Of a stretch of DNA of 64,000 nt, positions 20,081-30,500 are shown piece by piece (position 1 is the stretch's first letter; each line of letters starts with the position of its first letter). A program made the position numbers and the translations under genes. Source of the stretch: a virus. Lineage: Duplodnaviria > Caudoviricetes. The notes beneath the pieces are model-generated. The model saw nothing but the letters and a program-made list of their open reading frames with translations. It did no database searches and was not told the origin of the DNA. The DNA lies in IMG/VR virus record IMGVR_UViG_3300030090_003111, positions 3,406 to 67,405 of that record; one strand, 5' to 3'.

Positions 20081-20579
20081 AGATTATTTAAATGTAATAG
20101 AAAGAGCCCTGATGATGGGTATAAGTGATAAAGTTAATAATTTAACTGGAAGTGGTGACGATATATTTGTATATGGACAATTCCCAGAAACAGAAGAATT
20201 GAAATTCCCATGTATAGTAGTACAACAGGTAGCTTCAGGAGTAGAAGAAAACTTCTTTGGTGAAAGTATAACCTTTGGAGATGATACTAGCCAAACTGGT
20301 GAAGCTTATGGTGTTGGATTTATGATACATCTGATGACTGATAAAGAAACAAAAATAACGGTTGGAAGCATAGATTATAAACAGAGAAGATTATTAAACT
20401 GGTTAATGTTGAATGTAGCAAATTCATTACATGACATTGATTGGGATACATATGAAGAGGAGGATTTACAAATACTAGAAAGACATGTTCTAGCATGGAA
20501 TGACATAGGTCATATGCCTCAGTTACAGTGGTATGGAGCATCCTGTCGTATGTCAATAGTATTCTTAAATAAAAGATAA
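20073..20579 (+). CDS. Putative tail terminator/completion protein
   Basis: VYGQFPE...FPCIVVQQV motif, size and position. Confidence 0.6.
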   Translation: MAKDYLNVIERALMMGISDKVNNLTGSGDDIFVYGQFPETEELKFPCIVVQQVASGVEENFFGESITFGDDTSQTGEAYGVGFMIHLMTDKETKITVGSIDYKQRRLLNWLMLNVANSLHDIDWDTYEEEDLQILERHVLAWNDIGHMPQLQWYGASCRMSIVFLNKR

Positions 20580-22420
20580 TGGCAGGTCAGTCAGTAGTAG
20601 TAGGTGGTCTTAAAAGACATAGGGCTGAAGGTTTTCGTGAATCATTTAACGCATCAAGGCAAGGTCCAATAGTTCAAAGAGGTCACGAATATCTTAAGAA
20701 TAGAAAAACAGACCCTGCTTTACGTGATGCTATAAAAGACACTAAAGGTGCAGTATTTTCTTTGACAGCAGGTTTTATTCCAACATTCTCACAACAATTC
20801 AATTCAGCAACATGGTATGATGATTATTCTGGTGCCACAGTTTTAGTAAACGAGGCTTTTAATAAGTCAGGACCAGCTGGGATGTTCTTGCGTGGTAACC
20901 ATGTGTGGTATAAGTATGCTACTGATTATATTGATACTGTGGAAGGTATACCCGGTAAAGATGAACGTGGTGTACCAGACTTGATAGGAGAACAAAGTAT
21001 ATTAGATAAAATATTTGACCAGTATGTTTCCATGGTAGTAGAACCATCTAAAGATGTTTTAACATCATGGAGAGAAGCGGTAGTTGGTGATTTACAAACT
21101 AGTTCTAAAGAAATTATTAGTAAAGATGAATTAGAAACTATAAGAAGTATGGGTAAAAACCCTGATGTTCCTGAAGAAAGAATACCTTCATTATTAGCAT
21201 CATTAGGATTTGGAGTAGAAGTAGAATTGGAAGGAGATGATAAAGAGTTACTGAAGACACACGGTAGGTCTGAACCTATTGATATAATATTTAAATTTAA
21301 TGGTCAGATATATAAAATAGATGTTACTCAGAGTAGAATATTATCTTCGGAAGGAGATACAGCTAAATCAACTCACACATCTATGGGAGCACTTAAGACT
21401 AATGTTAAGACAGCTACAGGCGCTACGAAAGAAGAATTGTTAGAATTAAGAGGAGATTTAACATCACATTTTCAGAACAGTGCTAAATATATAAATGAAG
21501 CTATAACAAGTATATACACAGCCTTTCAAGCCAACCCAGATAGATTTGGTGATAAATCACTAAGAGAAGCAGCTAGTGAGATGGGGGCTAGAGAACGTAT
21601 GACCCCTGCACAACGTAACACGATTTTAGAAAAATGGGGAGTAGCAGGTGCTTCTAAGTATAAGAGTCAAGCTATGGACTCTGCGTTACACATTATGGGT
21701 AGTAAACTCTGGGAAGCTGGTGAAAACTCGTTTACAGATATATTAGTATTTTCTGCACAAGATAGAATTATTGTTGGTATGAACTGGACTTTAGAACAAA
21801 CGATGGGAAAATCAGGTCCTTTTACATTAAGTGAAAAAACGAAGGATATAGAATCTGGTATAGTGATAGAACCCGGTCATGAATTTTATATGGATTACTT
21901 TATGAAAAATATCATGCAAATGAGTGATAGAGAAAGAGAAAGCATAATATTAGCTGCTAATTTCTTATGGGGTGCAGACGCTTTATATGCATCTGTAGAA
22001 AACTTAACACTAGGAGATATGATAGAAGCAGCTCATTCTATTACAAGCAGTGGTTATGTAGTAGCAGGTGGAGCATTAGCTTTTGAAGAAGAAAGAGTGA
22101 ATGAAGCTATATTAAACTTTTTAGAAGAAACTTTAGCTTCTGATAAAATTAAAAACAATACTAAAGTAAATCAAGTTATAAATAATGCTGAGAAAAGGCA
22201 TAGTAAAAAGTTTAGTACAGCATTTGGCAATATACAAGACCCTGTAGGTATGGAAATGGAAGAAGGCAGTATGGCAAACCCTGAAGCTGCTAACGCTATG
22301 TTACAATATAGAAACATGAATGAATACCTTAGAACTAATACTTGGGCAACCCCATACGTAGGAATTTACTATCAAGGAGGTCGAACTCAGAACTTAAGAC
22401 CTCTTTTGATGGGTAATTAG
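20579..22420 (+). CDS. Hypothetical virion/neck-region protein (613 aa)
   Basis: Long ORF coupled by TAATG; no family recognised. Confidence 0.7.
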   Translation: MAGQSVVVGGLKRHRAEGFRESFNASRQGPIVQRGHEYLKNRKTDPALRDAIKDTKGAVFSLTAGFIPTFSQQFNSATWYDDYSGATVLVNEAFNKSGPAGMFLRGNHVWYKYATDYIDTVEGIPGKDERGVPDLIGEQSILDKIFDQYVSMVVEPSKDVLTSWREAVVGDLQTSSKEIISKDELETIRSMGKNPDVPEERIPSLLASLGFGVEVELEGDDKELLKTHGRSEPIDIIFKFNGQIYKIDVTQSRILSSEGDTAKSTHTSMGALKTNVKTATGATKEELLELRGDLTSHFQNSAKYINEAITSIYTAFQANPDRFGDKSLREAASEMGARERMTPAQRNTILEKWGVAGASKYKSQAMDSALHIMGSKLWEAGENSFTDILVFSAQDRIIVGMNWTLEQTMGKSGPFTLSEKTKDIESGIVIEPGHEFYMDYFMKNIMQMSDRERESIILAANFLWGADALYASVENLTLGDMIEAAHSITSSGYVVAGGALAFEEERVNEAILNFLEETLASDKIKNNTKVNQVINNAEKRHSKKFSTAFGNIQDPVGMEMEEGSMANPEAANAMLQYRNMNEYLRTNTWATPYVGIYYQGGRTQNLRPLLMGN

Positions 22421-22421
22421 G

Positions 22422-22435
22422 GAAAGCTTTATATA
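22422..22435 (+). promoter_or_regulatory. BRE-TATA promoter of tail operon
   Basis: Exact motif right after upstream stop. Confidence 0.8.
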
Positions 22436-22488
22436 CTACCGTTTACTATATCTATATACACATTCGACGGAATGTGGGAGAAACAAGT

Positions 22489-23199
22489 ATGGCATACTAC
22501 CTAGGAAGAGATTTAGATATCGCCCTTACTACTGAGAACGTAAGTTTCGGTCTTGTAGCAGAAGAAAGTTCTGGAGATACTGGTGTGGAGACAATGGTCT
22601 TGAAAGACTTTGCTGCCGCAAGCGGTTCTATAGATGATTTTGTTACAACAGATGATGAAGCCGGTTTGTTCGCAGGTCCAAAGTTACAAAAAAACGGTAA
22701 TAGTGTTTTTGGAACCCAAACTTATGATGGGATATCCAGCGCTACAGCAGATAACAGACCTGATAACATGACTGGTGTTGACATATCACTCAGTACTATG
22801 GATGAAGATGTTCAGTTCATAGGACAAAGAAACATCTTAAAAGCAGAAATTAAGAAGGAAAATTCTGTCACACTAACACGTAAAAAGAAAGATAACGTGT
22901 GGAACGTTTGTTTTAACGAAGCAAGATTCGGTATAAACGAAGACGGTGATGGACTAGCAGACGGGCGCCAACAGCCCGATTACACAGGATACGGATTTAG
23001 AGTTTATCTCAAGTTCGCGACTGGCACAAGCGGTGAAACTTTTATTTTACCAAACTGTTGTATTACAGATTATACAACCACTATGTCACCAGATGCAACA
23101 CAAGAAGAATCGATAACTTTAATGTCTTACGTAGACCCAATTATATTAGACGGTGCTGATACTACAGAACAAGTAGCAGACGCAGCAGGAGGACTATAG
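22489..23199 (+). CDS. Major tail (tube) protein, paralogue 1
   Basis: ATG at 22489 follows GGAG RBS; acidic beta-rich protein upstream of chaperone/TMP. Confidence 0.75.
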   Translation: MAYYLGRDLDIALTTENVSFGLVAEESSGDTGVETMVLKDFAAASGSIDDFVTTDDEAGLFAGPKLQKNGNSVFGTQTYDGISSATADNRPDNMTGVDISLSTMDEDVQFIGQRNILKAEIKKENSVTLTRKKKDNVWNVCFNEARFGINEDGDGLADGRQQPDYTGYGFRVYLKFATGTSGETFILPNCCITDYTTTMSPDATQEESITLMSYVDPIILDGADTTEQVADAAGGL

Positions 23200-23955
23200 A
23201 TGGCTTATTATACAGGAACAGATGTAAAGGTTTGGATAACAACCGAACATGATGACAGAGGAATTATCATGGAAACAAGCGGTAACAGAGAAAAATTAGA
23301 TTTAACTTCAACCGGCGCAACATTTACTACAGCAAATACCAATGTTCAAATACCACCAAGGAATACTCACATAGGTTATACAGGTTATAACTTAGCTGAT
23401 ATCACAGGTGTTGATTTGTCTGTTGGAACTCAAGATGAAGATATTTCTTACTTTGGTACTAAAACTATAGGTAAGAGTAAAGTTAAAGATGACTTAAGTA
23501 TAACTATCACAAAGAAGAAGAGTAGTGCATTTTTCGCTGTAATGGCACAAGGTGAGTGTAAAGCTTCAATAAGTCAAGACGGAACTGGAACTCACACAGC
23601 AAAATACGGTTTAATCTTAGGAGATGGACTAGCAACAGGTGCAAGCGGTAACATGAGAATAGCTAACGGTACAACTGACCCTAAATCATCTACAGACGAT
23701 AATAGTGCAGTATCTTACGGTTACAGAGTAGCCATTCAATTGAAGGCAGCTTCTAGCGCTTCAGCTAAAGATGGAACTGTAATGGTTCTTAGAAACTGTA
23801 CTTTAGGAGAATATACACATACCACAACTAATGATGCAGCAAACGAAGAAAGTCTTACTTTCGTTTCTATGGTCGCTCCATTAATAATCAACGGTGTTAA
23901 AACTGGTAACGTTTTTGATGGTGCTGAAACCGCAACAGCTGCAACAGCAATGTGA
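23200..23955 (+). CDS. Major tail (tube) protein, paralogue 2
   Basis: Shares MAYY start, TGVD.S..T.DED, T.T.KKK, YG.RV, NC....Y, EES.T..S.V.P.I..G with paralogue 1. Confidence 0.75.
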   Translation: MAYYTGTDVKVWITTEHDDRGIIMETSGNREKLDLTSTGATFTTANTNVQIPPRNTHIGYTGYNLADITGVDLSVGTQDEDISYFGTKTIGKSKVKDDLSITITKKKSSAFFAVMAQGECKASISQDGTGTHTAKYGLILGDGLATGASGNMRIANGTTDPKSSTDDNSAVSYGYRVAIQLKAASSASAKDGTVMVLRNCTLGEYTHTTTNDAANEESLTFVSMVAPLIINGVKTGNVFDGAETATAATAM

Positions 23956-23963
23956 GGTGAATA

Positions 23964-24122
23964 ATGGCTGAAGAAAAGAAAGAAGTCAAAAAAGAAGTAA
24001 AAAAAGAAGAGAAGGTCGAAGAACCTGAACTTTTAAATAGAATTTATAAAGATGGCGATGGTAAAAAATATTATTGGACAAAAAAGTCTGGTATGACAGA
24101 ACCAATCAAAATCTATAAATAA
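23964..24122 (+). CDS. 52-aa Lys/Glu-rich protein
   Basis: Hand-translated MAEEKKEVKKEVKKEEKVEEPELLNRIYKDGDGKKYYW...; GAGGTGA RBS. Confidence 0.7.
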   Translation: MAEEKKEVKKEVKKEEKVEEPELLNRIYKDGDGKKYYWTKKSGMTEPIKIYK

Positions 24123-24129
24123 ACAAATC

Positions 24130-24150
24130 ATGGGGGTGAAATTCCCCCAT
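24130..24150 (+). terminator. Hairpin between tail-tube genes and chaperone gene
   Basis: ATGGGGG-TGAAATT-CCCCCAT. Confidence 0.45.
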
Positions 24151-24172
24151 ACAATATAAGGAGAGAAAAAAA

Positions 24173-24511
24173 ATGACAGAAACATGGAGTTTAGAAGAAT
24201 TGAAAACATTGACATCTGAAATAGCTTCTGATGTTATAACATACAGAGGAAAAGATGTTAAAGTTCAATGGTGTGAATTGACAGAGGCAGAAGAGCCAAA
24301 GATGGATATTCCAACAGAATCCGCATCTGAAGAAGAGAAGAACGCAATGTATCAAGCAATTGGTACAGCAAAAGTTATAGCTATGATAAATAAGGCTGAT
24401 AACATGTCCGAAGAAAAATGTGGACTAGCATCAGTATGGGAAGATTTACCCACAACACTTAGATATCAATTAACAGCTAAGGTTCTAGGGGCTCAGACAC
24501 CGGATTTTTGA
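24173..24511 (+). CDS. Tail assembly chaperone (lambda gpG analogue)
   Basis: Position between tail tube and TMP; ends at slippery site; AAGGAG RBS. Confidence 0.75.
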   Translation: MTETWSLEELKTLTSEIASDVITYRGKDVKVQWCELTEAEEPKMDIPTESASEEEKNAMYQAIGTAKVIAMINKADNMSEEKCGLASVWEDLPTTLRYQLTAKVLGAQTPDF

Positions 24512-24530
24512 AGTGGGCTGAAAACAGCCC
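24502..24530 (+). promoter_or_regulatory. Programmed -1 ribosomal frameshift signal
   Basis: G GAT TTT (24502-24508), 6-nt spacer, hairpin GGGCTG-AAAA-CAGCCC (24515-24530); -1 frame is open to 24804. Confidence 0.8.
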
Positions 24531-24804
24531 CGATATGGTCAATCTTTGGATACCACTGTTGAAAGAGGGTATAATTTCATATACTGAAATAAAAGAATGT
24601 ACCCGTGCAGAATTATTAGGTCTTGCAGCAGGACTCAATAATTATAATGTAATGCATGCCTTTGATGGATATTCTGAAAAAGATATATCTGAAATGGCTA
24701 AAAATAATCCCTCTGTTAGAGGTGATTACGCAAGAACACAAGCAATGAAAGCTAAGTATGGTGAAAAGAAAGCACCAACAAACTTTAGGGAGTTACTTAA
24801 TTAA
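24508..24804 (+). CDS. Frameshift extension of chaperone (gpT analogue; gpGT fusion 24173-24804)
   Basis: No RBS/ATG of its own at the junction; in -1 frame relative to gpG. Confidence 0.75.
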   Translation: MKWAENSPDMVNLWIPLLKEGIISYTEIKECTRAELLGLAAGLNNYNVMHAFDGYSEKDISEMAKNNPSVRGDYARTQAMKAKYGEKKAPTNFRELLN

Positions 24805-27539
24805 TGGCAAGTTTAACTGGTCTAGCATTCCAAATTGATTTCCTCGTAGGCAGAGGGTCGAGAAGGAACGCGGTCAGTGCCATTAGAGATACAGTTGACG
24901 CAGTAAATTTAGTAGCTAGAGAAGGTGCTACAGCAGCTGCCAAAGAGAGAAGAGCGAATTTAGAAAAAGATTTAGGTGAATTAGATACATTATCTAAAAC
25001 TGCTTCTGATAATTTAATCAAATCTAAAGAAGCTACAGGAAAAGCATTAGCTAAAAGAACTGCTGCTACAGCAGCGGCAGTTACAAGAAAAATTAAAACT
25101 GATACGTCTGGTATAGAAAAAGTTGGTAAAAAGACAGTTTCTGTAGCCAAGATGATGAAAAGCTCTTTCAAAGATTTGAATTCAGCTTTAGCAGCTAGAG
25201 GTATAGAAGGTATAGCAGGTTCATCTCTAACTAACGAAAAGGCAATGATAGACTTAGTTGGTAGAGAAAAGGGAGAAAGAGAACAGATACTTAACATACA
25301 GAGAGAAATAAACGATTCAAAAAGAGCAGCAGGTAAAATAACTGAGGGAGATATTAGAAATGAGAGAGCCCTCAAACAGTTAGTTGATGAGTTAAATTCT
25401 TTAGAAAAGCAAGAGGGTATGACTCAAGCTGAAATTCAGAAAAAGAAAAATGAACTACTTAGAAAATATAATGAAGAAACCAGAGATGAGCAAGCTGAAT
25501 TAAGAAGGAATATAGAGTTACGACGCGAGCAAGGTGCTGCTATAGAAAGAGTTGCTACTAGTATAGGTACTACTTTGCGTAACGCTTTCGTTTATTCAAC
25601 AGCAGCTATCGCAGCCTTTTATTATAAATTAAGCGAGACTGTTTCAACATTTAATGAGTTTGAAAATGAATTAATCAATGCACAATCTATTTTCCAAACT
25701 ACTCAAGACACTTTATTCGGATTATCAGATGAGATAGCTAAGTTTGGTTTAGAGTATGGTGTCGAATTACAAAATGCATCTACTGGTCTTTATCAACTTG
25801 CATCGGCAGGTTTAAGTGCTAATGATTCTTTAGCTGTATTAAATGATACTTTAACATTATCTATGGCTGTACAAGGTGACCACAATACAATTTCTAAGTT
25901 AACAACTCAAACAATATTCGGTTTTGGTTTAGAAATGAGTGACAGTACTGCACTTGTGGATAAGTTCGCACATGCTATTAACAAATCTTTGATTGAATAT
26001 CAAGATTTAGCCAGTGCTGTTAAGTTCGCTATGCCTTTCTTTGTATCCACAGGCCAGAGCGTAGACCAATTACTAGGTTCTTTGCAAGTATTAACTAACC
26101 GTGCTTTAGAAGCAGGTATTGCAGGTCGTGGTTTAAGACAGGCTATGGCAGAGTTCGCTGAAGGTGCTGAAGATTCTACAAGACAATTTGCTAAATTAGG
26201 TGTAAAAGTGGTAGATTCATCAGGTAATATGTTACAATTAACAGAAATAGCAAGAAATTTCGCACAAGCTTTCCCTGATATTAATGATAATGTAGAATTA
26301 ATGACTACATTACTAGAAGATTTGAACGTACGTGGTGCTACTGCATTTGTTCACTTAGTACAAAACGTTGATGAATTCGAAGCAGCAGTAGGAGATTTAC
26401 AGAATGCACATGGTTCGGCAGCAGAAATGGCTGAAATCCAACAGGCTTCAATGCTTAATCAGCTACAAATCTTAAAGAATTCACTGATGGCTCCATTTAT
26501 CATTACCGACGAGATTGGTAAAGCCAATGGCTTTATGAACGAATTCCATATGACACTACATGGTGTGGTTGACCAATTCAGTGATTTAATTTACACAGTA
26601 GGGCCTGATGGTGAAAAGGTGTTAACTGAACTTGGAAAGGGCATGAAAGAGTTTGTTATAGATGCTATGGTAGAACTAGCGAAATTATTACAACAAGGAA
26701 TGATGTTATTTAAATCATATAGTGGAGAAGTAGGAAATTTAAGTAATTTATTACATTTATTAACAATGCCATTGAGGATTGTATTACAAATTTTAGAACT
26801 ATTAGGACCTAGAGGTATAACCTTTATATTAGTATTAAAAACTCTTAACGGTCTCATACCAATATCTTCAATGATGATGTCATTATTAACAGCAAAAGCA
26901 ACAGAGGGAACCTTTGCATTTACACTATTTAGTACAACTTTAAAAATAACTGCGGACCATTTGTTTATGATACAAGCTTCAATGGGTATACTTACAGCAG
27001 GATTTGCATTCATAATAGCAGTTAATATAGCTTTAGCAGAAACTGCACCCGGCGTAGCAAGGGCATTAAGTATGATAGCAGGAGCTATAATGGCAGTAAC
27101 AATAGCAATGGTAGTTATGAGAAGTACATTCGGTGATATAACCGCTGCTCCATTGTTGTTTGCAGGTTTAGTTGCTGGAGGAGCAGCAGTGGGTATGTTC
27201 ATGGGTAATATAGCTCAAAAATTAGCAACTCCGCCAGATATAGAACCTATACCAACCCCAACGTATGAAGCTGGATTCCCAGTTGCAGATACTGGTATGA
27301 GAGTTCGTACTTATGATACAGGTGGTAGACCACACCACCAGATGGTATTAGTAGAACCGGGTGAAACAATAGTTTCTAAAACCCAAAATATGGCAGGAGG
27401 TAATGCAGCATTCGAAGGTGGCGGAGGAGTCACCATAGCAGTTCATGGCGACATTTATGACGCTGAAAAATTTGCTTCTAAGATTGCACAAGTATTACCT
27501 AATGCATTAAGAAATGTAAACGACACAGGAGGAATATAA
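24804..27539 (+). CDS. Tape measure protein (TP901-like core)
   Basis: FENELINAQSIF...GLYQLASAGLS...DKFAHAINKSLIEYQDLASAVKFA...AGRGLRQ; hydrophobic C-terminal stretch. Confidence 0.92.
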   Translation: MASLTGLAFQIDFLVGRGSRRNAVSAIRDTVDAVNLVAREGATAAAKERRANLEKDLGELDTLSKTASDNLIKSKEATGKALAKRTAATAAAVTRKIKTDTSGIEKVGKKTVSVAKMMKSSFKDLNSALAARGIEGIAGSSLTNEKAMIDLVGREKGEREQILNIQREINDSKRAAGKITEGDIRNERALKQLVDELNSLEKQEGMTQAEIQKKKNELLRKYNEETRDEQAELRRNIELRREQGAAIERVATSIGTTLRNAFVYSTAAIAAFYYKLSETVSTFNEFENELINAQSIFQTTQDTLFGLSDEIAKFGLEYGVELQNASTGLYQLASAGLSANDSLAVLNDTLTLSMAVQGDHNTISKLTTQTIFGFGLEMSDSTALVDKFAHAINKSLIEYQDLASAVKFAMPFFVSTGQSVDQLLGSLQVLTNRALEAGIAGRGLRQAMAEFAEGAEDSTRQFAKLGVKVVDSSGNMLQLTEIARNFAQAFPDINDNVELMTTLLEDLNVRGATAFVHLVQNVDEFEAAVGDLQNAHGSAAEMAEIQQASMLNQLQILKNSLMAPFIITDEIGKANGFMNEFHMTLHGVVDQFSDLIYTVGPDGEKVLTELGKGMKEFVIDAMVELAKLLQQGMMLFKSYSGEVGNLSNLLHLLTMPLRIVLQILELLGPRGITFILVLKTLNGLIPISSMMMSLLTAKATEGTFAFTLFSTTLKITADHLFMIQASMGILTAGFAFIIAVNIALAETAPGVARALSMIAGAIMAVTIAMVVMRSTFGDITAAPLLFAGLVAGGAAVGMFMGNIAQKLATPPDIEPIPTPTYEAGFPVADTGMRVRTYDTGGRPHHQMVLVEPGETIVSKTQNMAGGNAAFEGGGGVTIAVHGDIYDAEKFASKIAQVLPNALRNVNDTGGI

Positions 27540-27540
27540 A

Positions 27541-30500
27541 ATGGTAAAATTCGTAAAACAATCAGATATCTCAGTCTTTCCTAGCAGATGTTTTTCAGCA
27601 AAAATGTCTTCAGCTCATAAAGATGTGTTTGATAATTCACAAGACACAGTAGATATACAAGATAGACCCTATAAACAGGGACTTATATTAGAGATACCGA
27701 CCGCAGACACACCAGCATATGGTTCAGGACAGGTTGCAGGATATAAATTAGGGCTACATGTTAATAGTATTGGTACAGATTCAGCAAACGCAGCTACAGA
27801 TAACGCATCTATTGGAATATTTAAACTTAAAGCAGGTATCACAAAACATGAAGGAAGTTTTGGAACAACAATATTAAGAGATGTTTATTCAATATGGGCA
27901 GGTTTATCTGAAACACCATCAACAGTTTTACATGAAAATTTTCAGATAGATGATAAAGCAGACGAGGTAGTATCAGTAGAAGGAGTAAAGGTAACTTCAA
28001 CAGACCCTTATATTACAGTGGACGATGCTTGGGCTAATAGAGATGGTTCAGGTATGACCAATATGCTTTCATTTAAAAATAAAGAAGAATTTCAAGAAGC
28101 TTATGGTGTTCATGTAGAGGGCCAAGGATGGATTATACCATTAGTTAAAAAGATGGACCCTTATGAAGGTAAATTGTCTGAAGTTGATACTAACTGGCCT
28201 ACGTACATGGATTTTCAAAGCGGAGGCTGGAATTGGAAAGATTATAGTATTGACGTAGGTTGGACTGGTGAAAAAATAATAGATATACCTCCTGAATACC
28301 ACTACTATGCAAAAAACGCAGACAACACGTATAAAGATGCTACGAACGACCCAGTGTGGGAAGATAAAGAATCTTTTACTAAATTAATAAGATATCAGTT
28401 TGAAAAAACTGTTACAATAGAAGATACGATAAAAAGAAAATTAACACTTGCTGATACTAACCATCTTTCTAATTTATCAACTGCTCCCGAAATGACGTTG
28501 TTAAAAACTATTGAAAATAGTGAAGATGTAGAAACAGTTGCAGATGCTGGTAATTACGCTAATACAACTTCTCCATTGAATGGAGATAATGATTTGAGGA
28601 TGTATTCTTATATAGGTAGTAAAATATCTGAAGCTAGGGGTGACCCAAGTCCTTGGACTAATTTCCTGTCTAGAGATAATAAAGTCTCAGACAGACACTC
28701 TAGTGGTGGTTTAGTAACTAATTACTTCATGTATAATAGGATTCCCAGCCCTATTATGTTACATAAAGATGTAGAACGAGGTGCAGACCAAGAAGTAACA
28801 ACTGATACAAATAGAAGCGCATTAGATGTACAATTATCATTAAAGATAGAAGAGATTCCAGAAATTTTTGCAGCAAGTTCTACTGAGGTTTATTTTCCTA
28901 GTAGAGGTATAGCAGTATGGTTTAAAAATAGAAAACGTGCAGGAGGAATGAATCGTGCACATATTGTATCTGATATTATGATGAACCATTACGGTCTAGA
29001 TTCTGACGATGCAACTGACGTTACAGGTAATGCATATATACAGATGCAAGATAGTGTTGCGGCAGCTACAAAAGAGAACGAATCATACCCCTTTTGTGGA
29101 TTTTTACTATTTAAAATGAACGGAGAATTTTATGTTAAACAACTTGGTAAATCAGGCAGTATTGGATGGGATATAGGCGATGGTGCTACTGATGTTATTG
29201 AAATTGATGGTTCTACAGGTAGTTTAGGTGATTCTCATGGTTTATGTTTTAAGTTTAGCCCAGCAGATGCTACAAAATTAGATAACTCTCCCGAAGGGAA
29301 ACATATTAGTATGATTTTTAGATTTAAACCTGACGGTAACGGTTTTGAATTGATAATGTTAGATAGAGATAATGGTAATTCTTTAATACACGCTCCAATA
29401 CCTTGTTATGGAACTAGAGCCAGTTCATCAGACTGGAATATATCACATGGTTGGCCTATAATGACATTTGCTATGTATAATACTGCATCACTAGCTTCAG
29501 GAAACGACGGAACTAATGCTTATGATAATTTTAGATATGGTTATCTTTGGAACTCAAAACTTGATGGTACGTCTAGTGAGGAATATGTTCCCGATAATAC
29601 ACCCATGACTGCATCAGTAGATATAGATTCTATAAAGATAAGTAGAGCAGGATTTAACTACTCTCATTTAAATAATACATTTTCCGAACACGCTGAAGCT
29701 TCACGTTTACCAATTAAAAATCCAAATCCAGTTGACAGAAGTCAAACACTTACAGTTAATTCAGGTCAGGGACCCATATCTGAAGAATCAGCAAATAATA
29801 TGTCTGCTGCAAACTTCTGGGCTTTTGGTTTTAAAAACACAACAGATTTATCAGGTACACAAGCTGCACCTAAATATTTATATTTTAGTGATTTCGATTG
29901 TGGGTCTTTAGAAACTAACGAAGCAATAGATGCTAATCACATGAAATGGGCCTATTCTTGTGGAGTTGAAAGAATGGGTAGACAATTATGGTCACATGAT
30001 ATAGCTGGAACCGCAGCAGAACATAGAGGTTCTTTATCAAAAAGATTAACAGACAGTAATACTTCATCATATGGATGGCTTTATAAAGATAATTCTAGTG
30101 ATGGTAATTGGTGGGGAGATGGAACTACAGGCGCTGGACAAATAACAAATCTTTTAAATTGTGAAATGTTCACACAGAAGGGAGCTATAGGAATAACATC
30201 TGCCTTTTCAAACTGGACAAAAAGAGAAAATATATTTGCTTCTGCTAGAATAATAAAAAGAATCGATGAAGATAGTTACCAGAGTTTTTCAGTAGACGAT
30301 TTATCTATATTTAGAGATAGAGGGTATGGTGAAGACGAAGCATATATTATATATAAATATAACGGAGTTTACGGACCTACAAATTATTGTGTTGGTGCAG
30401 CAGGTAACGGTATAAAATTAGTAAAATCTAGTAACCAAGATGGACACTATAGAGTAGATTTTAACGAATCTTCTAGATATTCTTACGCTTATAAATTATT

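Noticed and set aside
24797-27202. Antisense ORFs (192 aa and 203 aa) within the tape-measure gene
   Set aside because: Typical antisense shadows of Ala-rich AT-biased codons; opposite to arm orientation, no promoter.
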